Assembly (NCBI GenBank): GCA_943349825.1
Contig: CALQZQ010000004.1
Location: 51,866-115,865, forward strand
DNA length: 64,000 nucleotides
Direction of reading: 5' to 3'
Source of the DNA: Candidatus Peribacteria bacterium
GTDB lineage: Bacteria; Patescibacteriota; Gracilibacteria; UBA1369; 2-02-FULL-48-14
A program made the translations under genes and the position numbers. This document shows positions 42,683 through 52,257 of the stretch, piece by piece. The first letter of the stretch is position 1. The number at the start of each line of letters is the position of its first letter. Below the pieces are notes generated by a model. It saw nothing but the letters and a program-made list of their open reading frames with translations. It did not search any database and was not told where the DNA came from.

Positions 42683-45325
42683 TTAGTTGAAGTACTGATC
42701 GTAAGCGAGGTCCAGAATCTTGGCGGCTTCACCACGAGTGATGGAGTTGTAAGGACCGAAGCTGCCGTCGCTGTAACCGTCCACGAGGTTGTCTTCGTCG
42801 GCGATCACCACTACTTCAGCGAACCAGTCGTTCACGTCTACATCCCAGAAGTCGATGTCGCTTTCATCGAAGCTGAAGTCGTCTTGTTCAGCCACGTTCA
42901 TCAGGATTTCTAGGAATTCTGCACGAGTGATGGCTTGGTCGGGTTTGAAGTTGCCACTGCTGTATCCGTCCACGTAACCCATGGCTGTAGCGTAGGTCAC
43001 ATAGGAGTAGTACCAGCTGCTGGAGGACACGTCGCCGTAGTGTACGGAAGACACGGAGTAGGGATCGAGTTCGGCATTGAGCAGAATCATCTTCAGGGCT
43101 TCAGCACGAGTGGTGGTGGAATCGGGATACATGCGCGTGTCGCTGCGTCCGTCCACTACTCCACGATCGTAGAGGTTACAGAAGTAAGGTTCGGACCATT
43201 CACCATCGAGGTCAGTGAAGTCTCCGCAAGAATCGCTGCCGCCGTTGGTGTCGATGCTATCTTCGTCCACGGTCATACAGTTGTTGCTTTCGCTGTCTTC
43301 ATCCACGTCGTCGTCGGTATCCACACAAACTTCTACTTCGTAAGTGCTGCCTTCATTTTCCAGAATGTCTCCGGCGCTGTAAGTGTCTTCTTCTCCTTCA
43401 TCCAAGAAGTTGGTGCTGGATGAACTTTGGGTCACGCTCTTGGTGTATTCCGCGTCGCCGTCCACGTAAACGGTGATGCTTACGGTTTCGCCGTTGTCCA
43501 CGTCGTCGTCTCCTACGTTGGCCACGGTGAAGTTGAGTTCATCGTCGCTGTCCAGGTAGATGTCGGTCACGTCGAGATCGGCATCACCGTTGGATGAAGA
43601 GCCATTGAATTCCAAGTCTTCTGTACGGCAATTGTTGCTTTCGCTGTCTTCATCAATGTCGTCGTAGTAATCGGAACAGATTTCGATTTCGTAGGTTTCA
43701 CCGTCGTCCCAAATGTTGTCGTTCTGGAAAGAGAAGGTGTTGGTTTCGTCTTCTTCAAAGTAACCCTCGGAGTAGCTGCTGAGGAATTCTCGGTCGCCAT
43801 CCACGTACACTGCAATGGCTACGGAATCGTCGGCGTCATCACCACCCTCGTTGCTCACTTCGGCGTAAAGATAATCTCCGCTGAAGTAAAGATCGTTCAC
43901 GGTGAGATCCGCATCGTCGGAAGAAGAACCGCCCATGGTGAGAGTTTCGGTGCGACAGTTGTCGCTCTCGTCGTCTTCATCCACGTTGTCAGTGGCATCG
44001 ATGCAGACTTCAATGGAGTGACTATCGTCCCCTGTGAGTTCATCGGCGAGGAAAGCGAAAGAGGTGCTTTCACCGGAGCCGAAGTAGTTGTAACCGATGG
44101 TTCCGGAGTATTCACGACTGCCGTCCACATAGACATACACGTAAACGGTGTCTGAGCTGGAGACGTCGTCGTCGCCTTCGTTGCTGATGTCAGCCCATAC
44201 GGCGTCGTTTTCGTAGTAGAGGTCGTCCACGGTGAGATCAGGGTCGTTGTTGCTGGAGCCTGTGCTGGTCATGCTCACGTAGGCTGTTTGTTGAGCGGTG
44301 CTGTCGGAAGTACGGTTGGCAATGGACACAGAATTGGTGCTGTAACCACTTGCAGAGACGGTAGCAGTGCTGCCGTCTTGAGAGGTAGGAACAGGGCAGT
44401 AAGCCACTCCACTAGAGATTGTACAGGTGGTGTTGCTGGTTCCTGCGTAGGCAGAACTGATGGTCACGTTGTTTCCTGTGCTGGAATCCTCCGCAAAAAT
44501 ACGGTGAGTGTAGTCCAGGTTTAAGTCTAGAATGTTTTGGGTGTGGTCCAGGGAGATACTGCTGGATTCTTGAACGTAACCTGTGACAGTAGCGGTGTAT
44601 TGGTAAACGGCTCCACCTGCAGGAGAGAAGAAACCGTAGTATTCGGTTCCGTTGCCTGCATTTTTGCTCACATAAACTTGAGCGTCAGCGCTACTGGAGG
44701 TGAAGCTATAGCTGGAGCTGTAGCTGCTGGGAGTATTTCCAAATTGATCTTCGATGGTCACCTTCATGTTGTAGTTGATGATACCGATTTGAGAAAACGT
44801 AGGGCTGCTGGAGTAGGTACTGCCAATAGAAAGTTTCACAAAGAAGTAAGAACCGCTGTATTGGTAGGCGTTTCCGTCTTCATCGGTGGTCATTAAAATA
44901 TTGGTTTTTTCCCAACCGGAAGGGCGAGTCCATTCCACTTGGAAGGTTCCATCGGTATTGTCGGAGATGCTGCCGGAGTTGTTGTTCACGAGCGTTGCCC
45001 AGGATCCACCGTCCCAGTATTCCACGGAGTAGCTTCCTCCAGTGGCTGAATTGTAGACATCTGCGGAAATTCCGTCGAACTTGTTGCTGTATCCAAGGTA
45101 AAGTTCGCTGCCGGCCCCTTTATAAAGGGTCACGTCGTTGGAAGAACCGTTGGATGCTGCTGTGGTTTTTTCGGTGAGTACTCCACCCGCATTTTGGATG
45201 ACGGAATCGACATAATCGTTGGAGTTGTCTGCGCCTGAATAAGTGACCGCTGCTGAGGCAAACTGGCCGGGGAGTAATCCTGAGAACAAGACTACGAGGC
45301 TGAGGAGGGTGAAAAATCTTTTCAT
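42683..45325 (-). CDS. secreted surface protein with CARDB-like repeats and three C-terminal SLH domains (S-layer-like)
   Basis: Has a signal peptide (MKRFFTLLSLVVLFSGLLPGQFASA). Units of the form DLTVDDLY...ISNEGDDD...VYVDG repeat 3-4 times. SLH motifs include VDGRSDTRMYPDSTTTRAEALKMIL, VDGYSSGNFKPDQAITRAEFLEIL and VDGYSDGSFGPYNSITRGEAAKIL. Confidence 0.8.
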   Translation of the reverse strand: MKRFFTLLSLVVLFSGLLPGQFASAAVTYSGADNSNDYVDSVIQNAGGVLTEKTTAASNGSSNDVTLYKGAGSELYLGYSNKFDGISADVYNSATGGSYSVEYWDGGSWATLVNNNSGSISDNTDGTFQVEWTRPSGWEKTNILMTTDEDGNAYQYSGSYFFVKLSIGSTYSSSPTFSQIGIINYNMKVTIEDQFGNTPSSYSSSYSFTSSSADAQVYVSKNAGNGTEYYGFFSPAGGAVYQYTATVTGYVQESSSISLDHTQNILDLNLDYTHRIFAEDSSTGNNVTISSAYAGTSNTTCTISSGVAYCPVPTSQDGSTATVSASGYSTNSVSIANRTSDSTAQQTAYVSMTSTGSSNNDPDLTVDDLYYENDAVWADISNEGDDDVSSSDTVYVYVYVDGSREYSGTIGYNYFGSGESTSFAFLADELTGDDSHSIEVCIDATDNVDEDDESDNCRTETLTMGGSSSDDADLTVNDLYFSGDYLYAEVSNEGGDDADDSVAIAVYVDGDREFLSSYSEGYFEEDETNTFSFQNDNIWDDGETYEIEICSDYYDDIDEDSESNNCRTEDLEFNGSSSNGDADLDVTDIYLDSDDELNFTVANVGDDDVDNGETVSITVYVDGDAEYTKSVTQSSSSTNFLDEGEEDTYSAGDILENEGSTYEVEVCVDTDDDVDEDSESNNCMTVDEDSIDTNGGSDSCGDFTDLDGEWSEPYFCNLYDRGVVDGRSDTRMYPDSTTTRAEALKMILLNAELDPYSVSSVHYGDVSSSSWYYSYVTYATAMGYVDGYSSGNFKPDQAITRAEFLEILMNVAEQDDFSFDESDIDFWDVDVNDWFAEVVVIADEDNLVDGYSDGSFGPYNSITRGEAAKILDLAYDQYFN

Positions 45326-45357
45326 CTTTTCAGGTTTAAAAGTGAAATAAGGGTGTA

Positions 45358-45385
45358 ATTATAATACAGTTCCAGAAAAAAGCAA
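45358..45385 (-). promoter_or_regulatory. sigma70-like promoter TTGCTT-N16-TATAAT for the S-layer-like gene
   Basis: The -35 lies at 45380-45385 and the -10 at 45358-45363 (minus strand). Confidence 0.5.
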
Positions 45386-45386
45386 G

Positions 45387-46517
45387 TTAATTCTTTTTAG
45401 AGCTGCTTTTGGTGGCGTGGCCCAGACTGGCTAGCAGGGTGGTAAGAGGTACGGCCAGAATCAGTCCGATGCTCCCTACTAGAGTTTGAACCACTTCTTC
45501 GGCCACGAACTCGTAGTTGATGACTTCACTAAAAGGGTGAGCATTGCTGATGAAGAGCATGAGCAGAGGGAGAGAGGCGCCGGCATAGATGAGGATGAGG
45601 GTGTTCACCATGGAGGCGATGTGATCTTTTCCGACAGCCATGGTTTTTGAGAAGAGTTCTGGGAATCGTATGTTCGGTTTGGTGGCTTTCAATTGGTCGG
45701 CGACAGAGGCTTGAGAAATGGTGATGTCGTCCAGGATACCGAGCATACTGATCATGATTCCGGCGAGCAGCAATCCTTGAAAGTGGAGAGTGGTTCCCGT
45801 GTCTGACTTTAAATAGAGAGCGGCATCGTCGGTGAGCCCGGAAAGGTGACTCCAGGTGAGAAAGATTTTTGCGAGTATGCCGGTGAGGACCAGAGTGAGG
45901 ATGGTTCCGCAGATGGCGAGATTGGTTTTTTTACTGATTCCGTGGGAGAGATAAAAGGTGATGGGGATGATGAAGAGCGCCCCGGAGATGGCAGTGAGTA
46001 CGGGGTCGTAGCCGGCCAAGAGCAAAGGAAGTATCCATTTAAAAATCACTAAGAATGAGAAGATCATTCCGACCAGCGATTCAAAGCCTTGTTGTTGACT
46101 CACGAGGATGACTACTAATAGAAAGAGCCCGAAGAGCCAGTACAGAACGGGGCGGCGTACGTAGTCGGACATGGAGTAGTTGCTTTCGCCGGTGCTGGGG
46201 TCTGTGCTTTTTTGAATAACCACTTCATCTCCTTCCTTATACAGTTGTGCGTCCAGCGTTTGTAAATCGCTGTTGTGGACCTCCAGGCTTTGTCCTGAGA
46301 TGGATCCTTTTTGAACTTCGACAGTGAGCGTTTGATTCACTTCTGTGGCGCCGGTTTCATCGGTACTGCTTTCATTTTGAGCCTGACTCACGGTGCCTTC
46401 GAGTACTTCTTCGTAAGCACTGCTGCCGATGAGTCCCGGCATGGGAATTTCCAAAAAATAAAAAAAGACCGAAAGCAGTAGTAATGCCAGTGTTAGAAAA
46501 ATTTTTGTAGATTTCAT
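45387..46517 (-). CDS. YibE/F-family membrane protein
   Basis: Start is ATG46517 (MKSTKIFLTLALLLL). It has multiple TM segments plus LGILDDITISQASV and VGKDHIASMVNTLILIYAGASLPLL motifs. Confidence 0.65.
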   Translation of the reverse strand: MKSTKIFLTLALLLLSVFFYFLEIPMPGLIGSSAYEEVLEGTVSQAQNESSTDETGATEVNQTLTVEVQKGSISGQSLEVHNSDLQTLDAQLYKEGDEVVIQKSTDPSTGESNYSMSDYVRRPVLYWLFGLFLLVVILVSQQQGFESLVGMIFSFLVIFKWILPLLLAGYDPVLTAISGALFIIPITFYLSHGISKKTNLAICGTILTLVLTGILAKIFLTWSHLSGLTDDAALYLKSDTGTTLHFQGLLLAGIMISMLGILDDITISQASVADQLKATKPNIRFPELFSKTMAVGKDHIASMVNTLILIYAGASLPLLMLFISNAHPFSEVINYEFVAEEVVQTLVGSIGLILAVPLTTLLASLGHATKSSSKKN

Positions 46518-46525
46518 GCGAAGGT

Positions 46526-47719
46526 TTATTTTCGAACGAGAGCAATGAAACTTTTGAGATAACGGGCTTCGGGGAAAGTGAGGGAGTCGGGATGGTCCGG
46601 ACTTTGGCGTACGGATTCGAGGATGTGGAGTTTGACTCCGGCTTGTACTGCGGCGCGGCGCAGAATGAAAACAAAATCGTCTTCTGGAAGAAAGTGCGAG
46701 CAACTCGACGTTACTAAAATACCCTTGTCTGGCAATGCACGCAAAGCCGCGCGGTTCAAAAAGTGATAGGCTTTTTTTCCGGATTCAGCGTCCTTGCTCG
46801 ATTTGATGAGTGCGGGAGGGTCGAGCAAGATCATGTCGAAGCGACCTTCTTCCATGCTTCCTACAAAATTGAAGGCATCTTCGTCGATGGTTTCGATGGA
46901 TTTTTTCTTTTTTGGAAAGTTGAGTGCGACGTGTGCTTCACACAGTGCGAGTGCGTCTGCGGAACTGTCTAGAAAGCTCACGGACTTCGCGCCACCGCGC
47001 AGCGCGTACACACCGGCGGCGCCGGAATAAGAAAATGTGTCGAGCACTTTTCTTCCGTCTGCAAATTTTTCCATCGCAGCGCGTAAGTTTTTTTGGTCGG
47101 TGAAGAATCCGGTTTTTTGTCCGTTCAAAACATCCGCTGTGAAGGTGAGTCCATTTTCTAAAAATTCAATCGGCTTAGAAATTTTTCCGTCGAGCACGTC
47201 TTTGAATTCCGGAAGATTTTCATCACGGCGCACATGAATGTCACTGCGCTCGACGATGGCTTTGGGTTTAAAAACTTTTTTGAGTGCGGCGAGAATGAGT
47301 GGTTTCATTTCTTCGATTCCTGCTGTGGAAATTTGTAGCACGAGAATATTTTCAAAGCGATCCACCACGAGCCCAGGCACACCGTCGGCTTCGCCAAAAA
47401 GCACTCTGTAACCTGTTGTTTGAGTTTTCGTTCCGTAGCCGAGCAAGGTGCGTTGTTCGTGCGCGGCTGTTATTTTGTTGAGCCACCATGTTTCATCAAT
47501 CACGGCATCACTGAAGTCCAACATGCGCACGGTGATAGTGGAAGATTTTGAAAAAGTTCCTAGGCCTAAAATTTTTCCATCACTGCTTTCTACTCCGACT
47601 AAACTTCCGTGAGGAATGTCGGTGGGCATGCGTTCAATTGCGCCCGAAAAAATCCATGGATGCTGCCAAAAAATGTTTGCGTCGCGATCTTTTTTAATTT
47701 TTATCGTAGAATATTGCAT
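46526..47719 (-). CDS. rlmI: 23S rRNA (cytosine1962-C5)-methyltransferase RlmI-like (PUA + SAM MTase)
   Basis: Contains FWQHPWIFSGAI, VLDTFSYSGAAGVYA and FDMILLDPPA motifs. Confidence 0.85.
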   Translation of the reverse strand: MQYSTIKIKKDRDANIFWQHPWIFSGAIERMPTDIPHGSLVGVESSDGKILGLGTFSKSSTITVRMLDFSDAVIDETWWLNKITAAHEQRTLLGYGTKTQTTGYRVLFGEADGVPGLVVDRFENILVLQISTAGIEEMKPLILAALKKVFKPKAIVERSDIHVRRDENLPEFKDVLDGKISKPIEFLENGLTFTADVLNGQKTGFFTDQKNLRAAMEKFADGRKVLDTFSYSGAAGVYALRGGAKSVSFLDSSADALALCEAHVALNFPKKKKSIETIDEDAFNFVGSMEEGRFDMILLDPPALIKSSKDAESGKKAYHFLNRAALRALPDKGILVTSSCSHFLPEDDFVFILRRAAVQAGVKLHILESVRQSPDHPDSLTFPEARYLKSFIALVRK

Positions 47720-47854
47720 GAGCGAATGTTAGATTTGCTGTATTCTATAGACAAAATTTCGACTTGAACAGTGGTGAAAAAATATCTCTTGTAATCATTT
47801 TGAAAGAGGAGGAAAATTTTTATAGTTTCTTTTTAATTCTTAACTCCACGCGCC

Positions 47855-47992
47855 ATGCCAGTTAAAAAGAAAAAAGCTGCGAAGCCAGCTAAAAAAGCTT
47901 CAAAGAAAGTTGTTAAGAAAGCAGTAAAGAAGGTTGCTAAGAAACCAGCCAAGAAGGCTGTGAAGAAAGCAGCTGGAAAGAAAAAGCGTTAA
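47855..47992 (+). CDS. 45-aa Lys/Ala-rich histone-H1-like basic protein
   Basis: My own translation is MPVKKKKAAKPAKKASKKVVKKAVKKVAKKPAKKAVKKAAGKKKR. A strong terminator hairpin follows. It falls below the ORF-track cutoff. Confidence 0.6.
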   Translation: MPVKKKKAAKPAKKASKKVVKKAVKKVAKKPAKKAVKKAAGKKKR

Positions 47993-48013
47993 GCGACATT
48001 ACGTCGACGTTTT

Positions 48014-48044
48014 AAAAAGCCCCGCGCAAGCGGGGCTTTTGTTT
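48014..48044 (+). terminator. intrinsic terminator
   Basis: AAAAAGCCCCGC-GCAA-GCGGGGCTTTTGTTT. Confidence 0.8.
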
Positions 48045-48056
48045 CGTGTCTATAAA

Positions 48057-48524
48057 TTATTCCACCGCGAGTGGGAAGTAGGTTTGTCCGTAACCGCCTT
48101 CTTCAAAATTTACTTTCACGGAGAAAATTAAATTGCCGGTGTGTTTGAAAGCATCGGAAACGAGGTAGGTGTTGTTGCCTTCATCCGTTTTGGGCAAATT
48201 GTTTTGAATCGTGTTGCCCGTGGTGCTGTCCTTCAAGGTGAGGGTCAGTTCTCTTATGGAGAGTGTGGTGGCAATGTGAACGGTGATGGGGGTCCCATTA
48301 GTGAATGGAGTGAAGGTCATGGCTGACCAATCGGGATCGCCGTTGTCTAAACACAAAACGTCACTGCAGAATCCACCACTCACACCGGGGGCTTCCTCTT
48401 GGCCTTCCCAAGACACTTGAATGTCTGGTTGTTTTGCCAGTTCAGCTTGCATGTCTACTTTAGGTGCGGTGTTGCAAGCGGTGAGTAGGGATAGCAGGGT
48501 AATGAGAGAGAGTGTGCGTTTCAT
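48057..48524 (-). CDS. lipoprotein, hypothetical
   Basis: Start ATG48524 gives MKRTLSLITLLSLLTAC (lipobox). It forms an ATGA overlap with the upstream gene. Confidence 0.6.
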   Translation of the reverse strand: MKRTLSLITLLSLLTACNTAPKVDMQAELAKQPDIQVSWEGQEEAPGVSGGFCSDVLCLDNGDPDWSAMTFTPFTNGTPITVHIATTLSIRELTLTLKDSTTGNTIQNNLPKTDEGNNTYLVSDAFKHTGNLIFSVKVNFEEGGYGQTYFPLAVE

Positions 48525-49489
48525 CCGAAAGTGAAGGTGAAGAGCTTGAAGCCTACACCCTTTGGGACGATTTTTAAAGTATGCGTGCCATAATCGCTGC
48601 CTTCCACTAGGGTGTAGAGCATGTTGGCCTGTACGGTTATGGTTTGTAGCAGTTTGCCGTCGAGCCACACTTCTACTTCTGTGGGGGCATCCGCACTGGC
48701 CACCATATAGATGTTTTTAGCATTGTATTCAAAGACGACGCTGCTTTCTGTGCTGGCGCTGACTAGGGCTTCGCTTTCTTGAGTCCAGTCGCCGATGGCA
48801 TAGGCTTGATTGGGCGCTATGCTGGAAGATTCTGTCGTGACGAAGCTCAAATTGCTGGAACGATCGCTGCCAAAATAAGTTTCCGGACTGTTGATTTTAT
48901 TGAAATCGACAGCGATGGTGTTTTCGGGAGTGCTAATGCCCATGTCGGTGAGGCCGAGCGCTTTTTGAATTTCGCTTTCGATTTCATCATCATCCCCTTC
49001 GCCGATGTGGTCGTAAACGATTTCTCCGTTGAGGCCGATGAGATAAACGTGAGGCCAGTAGCGATTTCCAAAAGTGTTCCATGTGCCATGATCGTTGTCC
49101 ATCACTACGGGATAATTCACCTTGAATTGTGCGACTGCGGCTTCTACATTTCTGCGTTCTTTTTCGAATTCAAATTCTGGAGTGTGCACGCCCACAATCA
49201 ACAAACCTTTGTCTTCGTATTTCTTCCACCACTCGTTTAAATAGGGAAGAGTGCGTTGGCAGTTGATGCAACTGTAGGTCCAAAAATCGATGAGGATGAC
49301 TTTTTCTCCGATCACGTCTGCTATTTGAAAGGGCTCCGTGTTGATGAAGCCGCTGGGATTTACGAATTCCAAACTGCTGCCGGCAACTACGGGTGTACTG
49401 GGGGCTTTCAAACTTTCCAAATATAAAATGGAACTGACGATTCCAAGAAGGGTGAGTGTGAGCAGTAGGTAACGAAGCCAGCGGTTCAT
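48521..49489 (-). CDS. membrane-anchored thioredoxin-fold (TlpA/DipZ C-terminal-like) protein
   Basis: Contains DFWTYSCINCQRTLPYL (CxxC) and GVHTPEFEFE motifs. It overlaps ccdA by 4 nt. Confidence 0.75.
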   Translation of the reverse strand: MNRWLRYLLLTLTLLGIVSSILYLESLKAPSTPVVAGSSLEFVNPSGFINTEPFQIADVIGEKVILIDFWTYSCINCQRTLPYLNEWWKKYEDKGLLIVGVHTPEFEFEKERRNVEAAVAQFKVNYPVVMDNDHGTWNTFGNRYWPHVYLIGLNGEIVYDHIGEGDDDEIESEIQKALGLTDMGISTPENTIAVDFNKINSPETYFGSDRSSNLSFVTTESSSIAPNQAYAIGDWTQESEALVSASTESSVVFEYNAKNIYMVASADAPTEVEVWLDGKLLQTITVQANMLYTLVEGSDYGTHTLKIVPKGVGFKLFTFTFG

Positions 49490-50193
49490 GGCAGCAAAAG
49501 TTTATTGAGTAGAGAAAAATTCGCGAGCAGCGGAAGATTTTCTGTGAAGACGAAGACTCCGAGCACAATCAGTAAGAAGCCAAAAACTACATTCACCCAG
49601 TGAATGACGGAAACCCAGCGGCGAATGAAGTTTGCCGCTTCGTTGGCAAAGAGTCCTACTATAAGGAAAGGAATGCCGAGTCCGAGTGAGTAGCACATCA
49701 ATAGTGTGAAGGAAGATCCTGGTTCTGTGGCAGCTAAGGTTAAAATGGTGCCGAGTACAGGGCCGACGCAGGGTGTCCATCCGGCGGCGAAAGCGGCACC
49801 AAACGTGAAAGCCGTGAGGCGGCGTGATGCGAATTGGAAACGTGGCGTGAATTTATATTCACGTTGGAGAAAGTTGAGACGAATGAGTCCGGTGAGCAAG
49901 AGCCCAAAAAAGATGATGAGACTTCCACCGATGCGAGAAACCCAGGTTTGAATGGCGGTGGCGCTTTCGGGGAGCACGGAATTTAAAATCACGCCCAAGG
50001 CGGCGAAGACTACAGAGAAGCCGAGTACAAAAAAAACACTGGTTCCAAAAATAGTGAAGCGGTGATTTTTAGCGTCTTTCAAAGTGCTACCGGCTAAAAA
50101 AGAAAGGTAGCCGGGAATGAGCGGAAGCACGCAGGGAGAAAGAAAAGAGACGAGTCCGGCCACAAAGGCGATCCAGAGGTTGAGTCCGCTCAT
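49486..50193 (-). CDS. ccdA: CcdA/DsbD-type thiol:disulfide electron-transfer membrane protein
   Basis: Contains LSPCVLPLIPGYL and GWTPCVGPVLG motifs and 6 TM segments. Confidence 0.85.
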   Translation of the reverse strand: MSGLNLWIAFVAGLVSFLSPCVLPLIPGYLSFLAGSTLKDAKNHRFTIFGTSVFFVLGFSVVFAALGVILNSVLPESATAIQTWVSRIGGSLIIFFGLLLTGLIRLNFLQREYKFTPRFQFASRRLTAFTFGAAFAAGWTPCVGPVLGTILTLAATEPGSSFTLLMCYSLGLGIPFLIVGLFANEAANFIRRWVSVIHWVNVVFGFLLIVLGVFVFTENLPLLANFSLLNKLLLP

Positions 50194-51095
50194 GTATTTT
50201 TGGTGAGCAGCTCTTGGATGCGAGGCAGCGCTAGTTCACCAGCCTCTGTGCCTTTGGCAAAAATTTCTAAATATTTTTCTGTGTCGAGCAGGCTGAAATT
50301 GGTGACATCTGGGTGCACCAGTAGATCGGGTTTGAACTCAGTGAGTATGCGATTGCGGAAAGCTTCTTCAGCAATACAAACGGACCGCAGCAAAATGGCA
50401 AAAGGAAAACTGATTTTGAGCATGGCTTCCTTCAACAGTTTTTTTGGGATTTCCAGTTTGTCCACTTTTTCTAAATCTTTTTGTATATAAAAATGATAAA
50501 CGAGACCCGCGATATTTTGTTCGGTATAAAAAGATTTAAGATCTACGGCCACGTGCACGTCTGCTCCCATAGTTCTGCAGAGGTCTATGGGGATGCTGTT
50601 GAGTACACCTCCGTCCACCAGCAATCGTCCTTCCAAAAAGATGGGGGGAAAGAGTCCTGGGATGCTCATGGAAGCTTTGACGGCTTCGAGTACATTTCCA
50701 CTTTTAAAAATCACCAATTCTCCTTTCTCGATGTCCACGGCGTTCACGATCAGAGGGATTTTTAGCTCTTCGAAAGTCAGGGAGGCGGGAATCATTTTTT
50801 CCACCATTTCGATTTCTTCACCGGCGCGCAGCAGAGATCCTTTTTCAAAACTGAAATTGCTGATTCGGAAAAAACTGTGTTCGGCTTCAACGAAAGAAGA
50901 CATGATCGCAAAAATTTCATCCGGCGTTTTTCCTTGGGCGATGCCGGCACCGACTAAAGCTCCGATGCTGCATCCTGCAATGGAATGGATGGGAATTTGA
51001 TTGTCGAAAAGCGTTTTATAAAAACCAATGTGAGCGAAACCTTTGGTTCCGCCACCGCTCAAAGTGAGTCCGAGAGTTTTGTAGGCGCTATTCAT
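50190..51095 (-). CDS. patatin-like phospholipase
   Basis: Contains LSGGGTKGFAHIG, GCSIGA (GxSxG) and VDGGVLN motifs. Confidence 0.8.
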   Translation of the reverse strand: MNSAYKTLGLTLSGGGTKGFAHIGFYKTLFDNQIPIHSIAGCSIGALVGAGIAQGKTPDEIFAIMSSFVEAEHSFFRISNFSFEKGSLLRAGEEIEMVEKMIPASLTFEELKIPLIVNAVDIEKGELVIFKSGNVLEAVKASMSIPGLFPPIFLEGRLLVDGGVLNSIPIDLCRTMGADVHVAVDLKSFYTEQNIAGLVYHFYIQKDLEKVDKLEIPKKLLKEAMLKISFPFAILLRSVCIAEEAFRNRILTEFKPDLLVHPDVTNFSLLDTEKYLEIFAKGTEAGELALPRIQELLTKNT

Positions 51096-51107
51096 GGCGT
51101 GTTCATT

Positions 51108-52133
51108 TTACAGGATGAGCATCGCGTCTCCAAAGGAATAAAATCGAAAATCGTGAGCGAGGGCGAGTTCGTAGAACTCTACCAAATGTTTTTTGGCTTG
51201 CTTGTGCTGTAGAAAAGCTTCCACCAACATCATGAGTGAAGAGCCCGGCACGTGGAAATTGGTCAAAAGGGCGTCTGGAATTTGGAAAGAGTAGGGAGGA
51301 AGGATGAAAAGATTCGTGCTTCCGATGAGCTCGCCGCTTCGAGCGAAGCTCTCGAGTGAGCGTGTGGCGGTGGTGCCCACGGCGACTAGGGGTTGGCCCG
51401 ATTTTTTCTGGCGCAGGATTCTTTCGGCGGTGTTTTTTGGAATTTCGTAGCCCTCTTTATATAGGGTCTTTGTGGCTAAGTGTTCCGGCAGCACCGGGGC
51501 AAAGGTTCCCAGACCTACGTGGAGAGTGAGGAAAGTTTTTTGAATGCCAGCGGCAGCGAGTTTTTTGAAAACTCGTGGAGTGAAGTGCAAGGAAGCGGTG
51601 GGAGCTGCCACGGATCCCGGTTTTTTTGCGAAGACGGTTTGGTACTTTTTCCGCTTCTCCGTTTCGGTGAGCGGACAGTGTTCAATATAACGAGGTACCG
51701 GCATCTCTCCGATGCGCGCCAGGACCTCGGGGAGTTTTTTTAAATCGAAATCGGGTTTGAAGCGGAAGATTTTTTCGTGCGATTCCAGCACAGTGAGAGT
51801 GTGGCCCTGGGGCAGGTGAATGTTTTCTCCCGGTTGCAGCTTTTTATTGCAGCTAGCGAGTAGCACTTTGTCCGTGGGCTGCCATTCGTTGCTCATCACC
51901 AGCAGTTCCACTGTGCCTTTTGCACTCATGGCGTGTACGCGACAGGGGAGTACTTTGGTTTCGTTCATCACCAGGAGGCTTTGGGGAGGAAGGTAGCGGT
52001 CCAGATTCAAAAAGGTGTCGAAAAAAAGCTCGTTCGTGGCGCTTTTATAAACGAGCAGCTTGCTGCTGTCGCGCGGGCTCGCTGGCTTTTGAGCGATGCT
52101 TTTCTCCGGTAAATGGTAGTGATAGAGGTTCAT
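51108..52133 (-). CDS. queA: S-adenosylmethionine:tRNA ribosyltransferase-isomerase
   Basis: Contains YHLPEKSIAQKPASPRDSSKLLV, TLHVGLGTFAPV and AVGTTATRSLES motifs. Confidence 0.9.
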   Translation of the reverse strand: MNLYHYHLPEKSIAQKPASPRDSSKLLVYKSATNELFFDTFLNLDRYLPPQSLLVMNETKVLPCRVHAMSAKGTVELLVMSNEWQPTDKVLLASCNKKLQPGENIHLPQGHTLTVLESHEKIFRFKPDFDLKKLPEVLARIGEMPVPRYIEHCPLTETEKRKKYQTVFAKKPGSVAAPTASLHFTPRVFKKLAAAGIQKTFLTLHVGLGTFAPVLPEHLATKTLYKEGYEIPKNTAERILRQKKSGQPLVAVGTTATRSLESFARSGELIGSTNLFILPPYSFQIPDALLTNFHVPGSSLMMLVEAFLQHKQAKKHLVEFYELALAHDFRFYSFGDAMLIL

Positions 52134-52257
52134 GGCATGTTTAGTGTCGTCACAAATTTAAAATTTGTCTAGCTTTTTTTTGAAAGTTCGTGTAGAGTAT
52201 CTCTCGGACCTTTTTATTTTAGGAACAGTCGACTCAAATACGTGCTCTGAAGAGCTC

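Larger units (their letters stand above)
42457..42686 (+). repeat. tRNA-like / terminator-containing repeat unit, copy 2 (most intact)
   Basis: Shares the same blocks as 23961-24226. It contains the 69-nt tRNA-like fold at 42505-42573. Confidence 0.75.

Noticed and set aside
46518-46703. Long N-terminal extensions suggested by the ORF track (46703, 48668, 8992, 9787, 32473, 32393).
   Set aside because: The extensions are Arg/Pro/Ser-rich and overlap upstream genes, a tRNA or promoters. The internal ATGs give canonical signal peptides, lipoboxes or family-typical N-termini.
50190-51095. The patatin-like phospholipase as an effector of a CBASS-type defence system.
   Set aside because: No cyclase/nucleotidyltransferase or other defence partner is adjacent. 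The gene is embedded, with translational coupling, in a ccdA-thioredoxin / queA housekeeping context.
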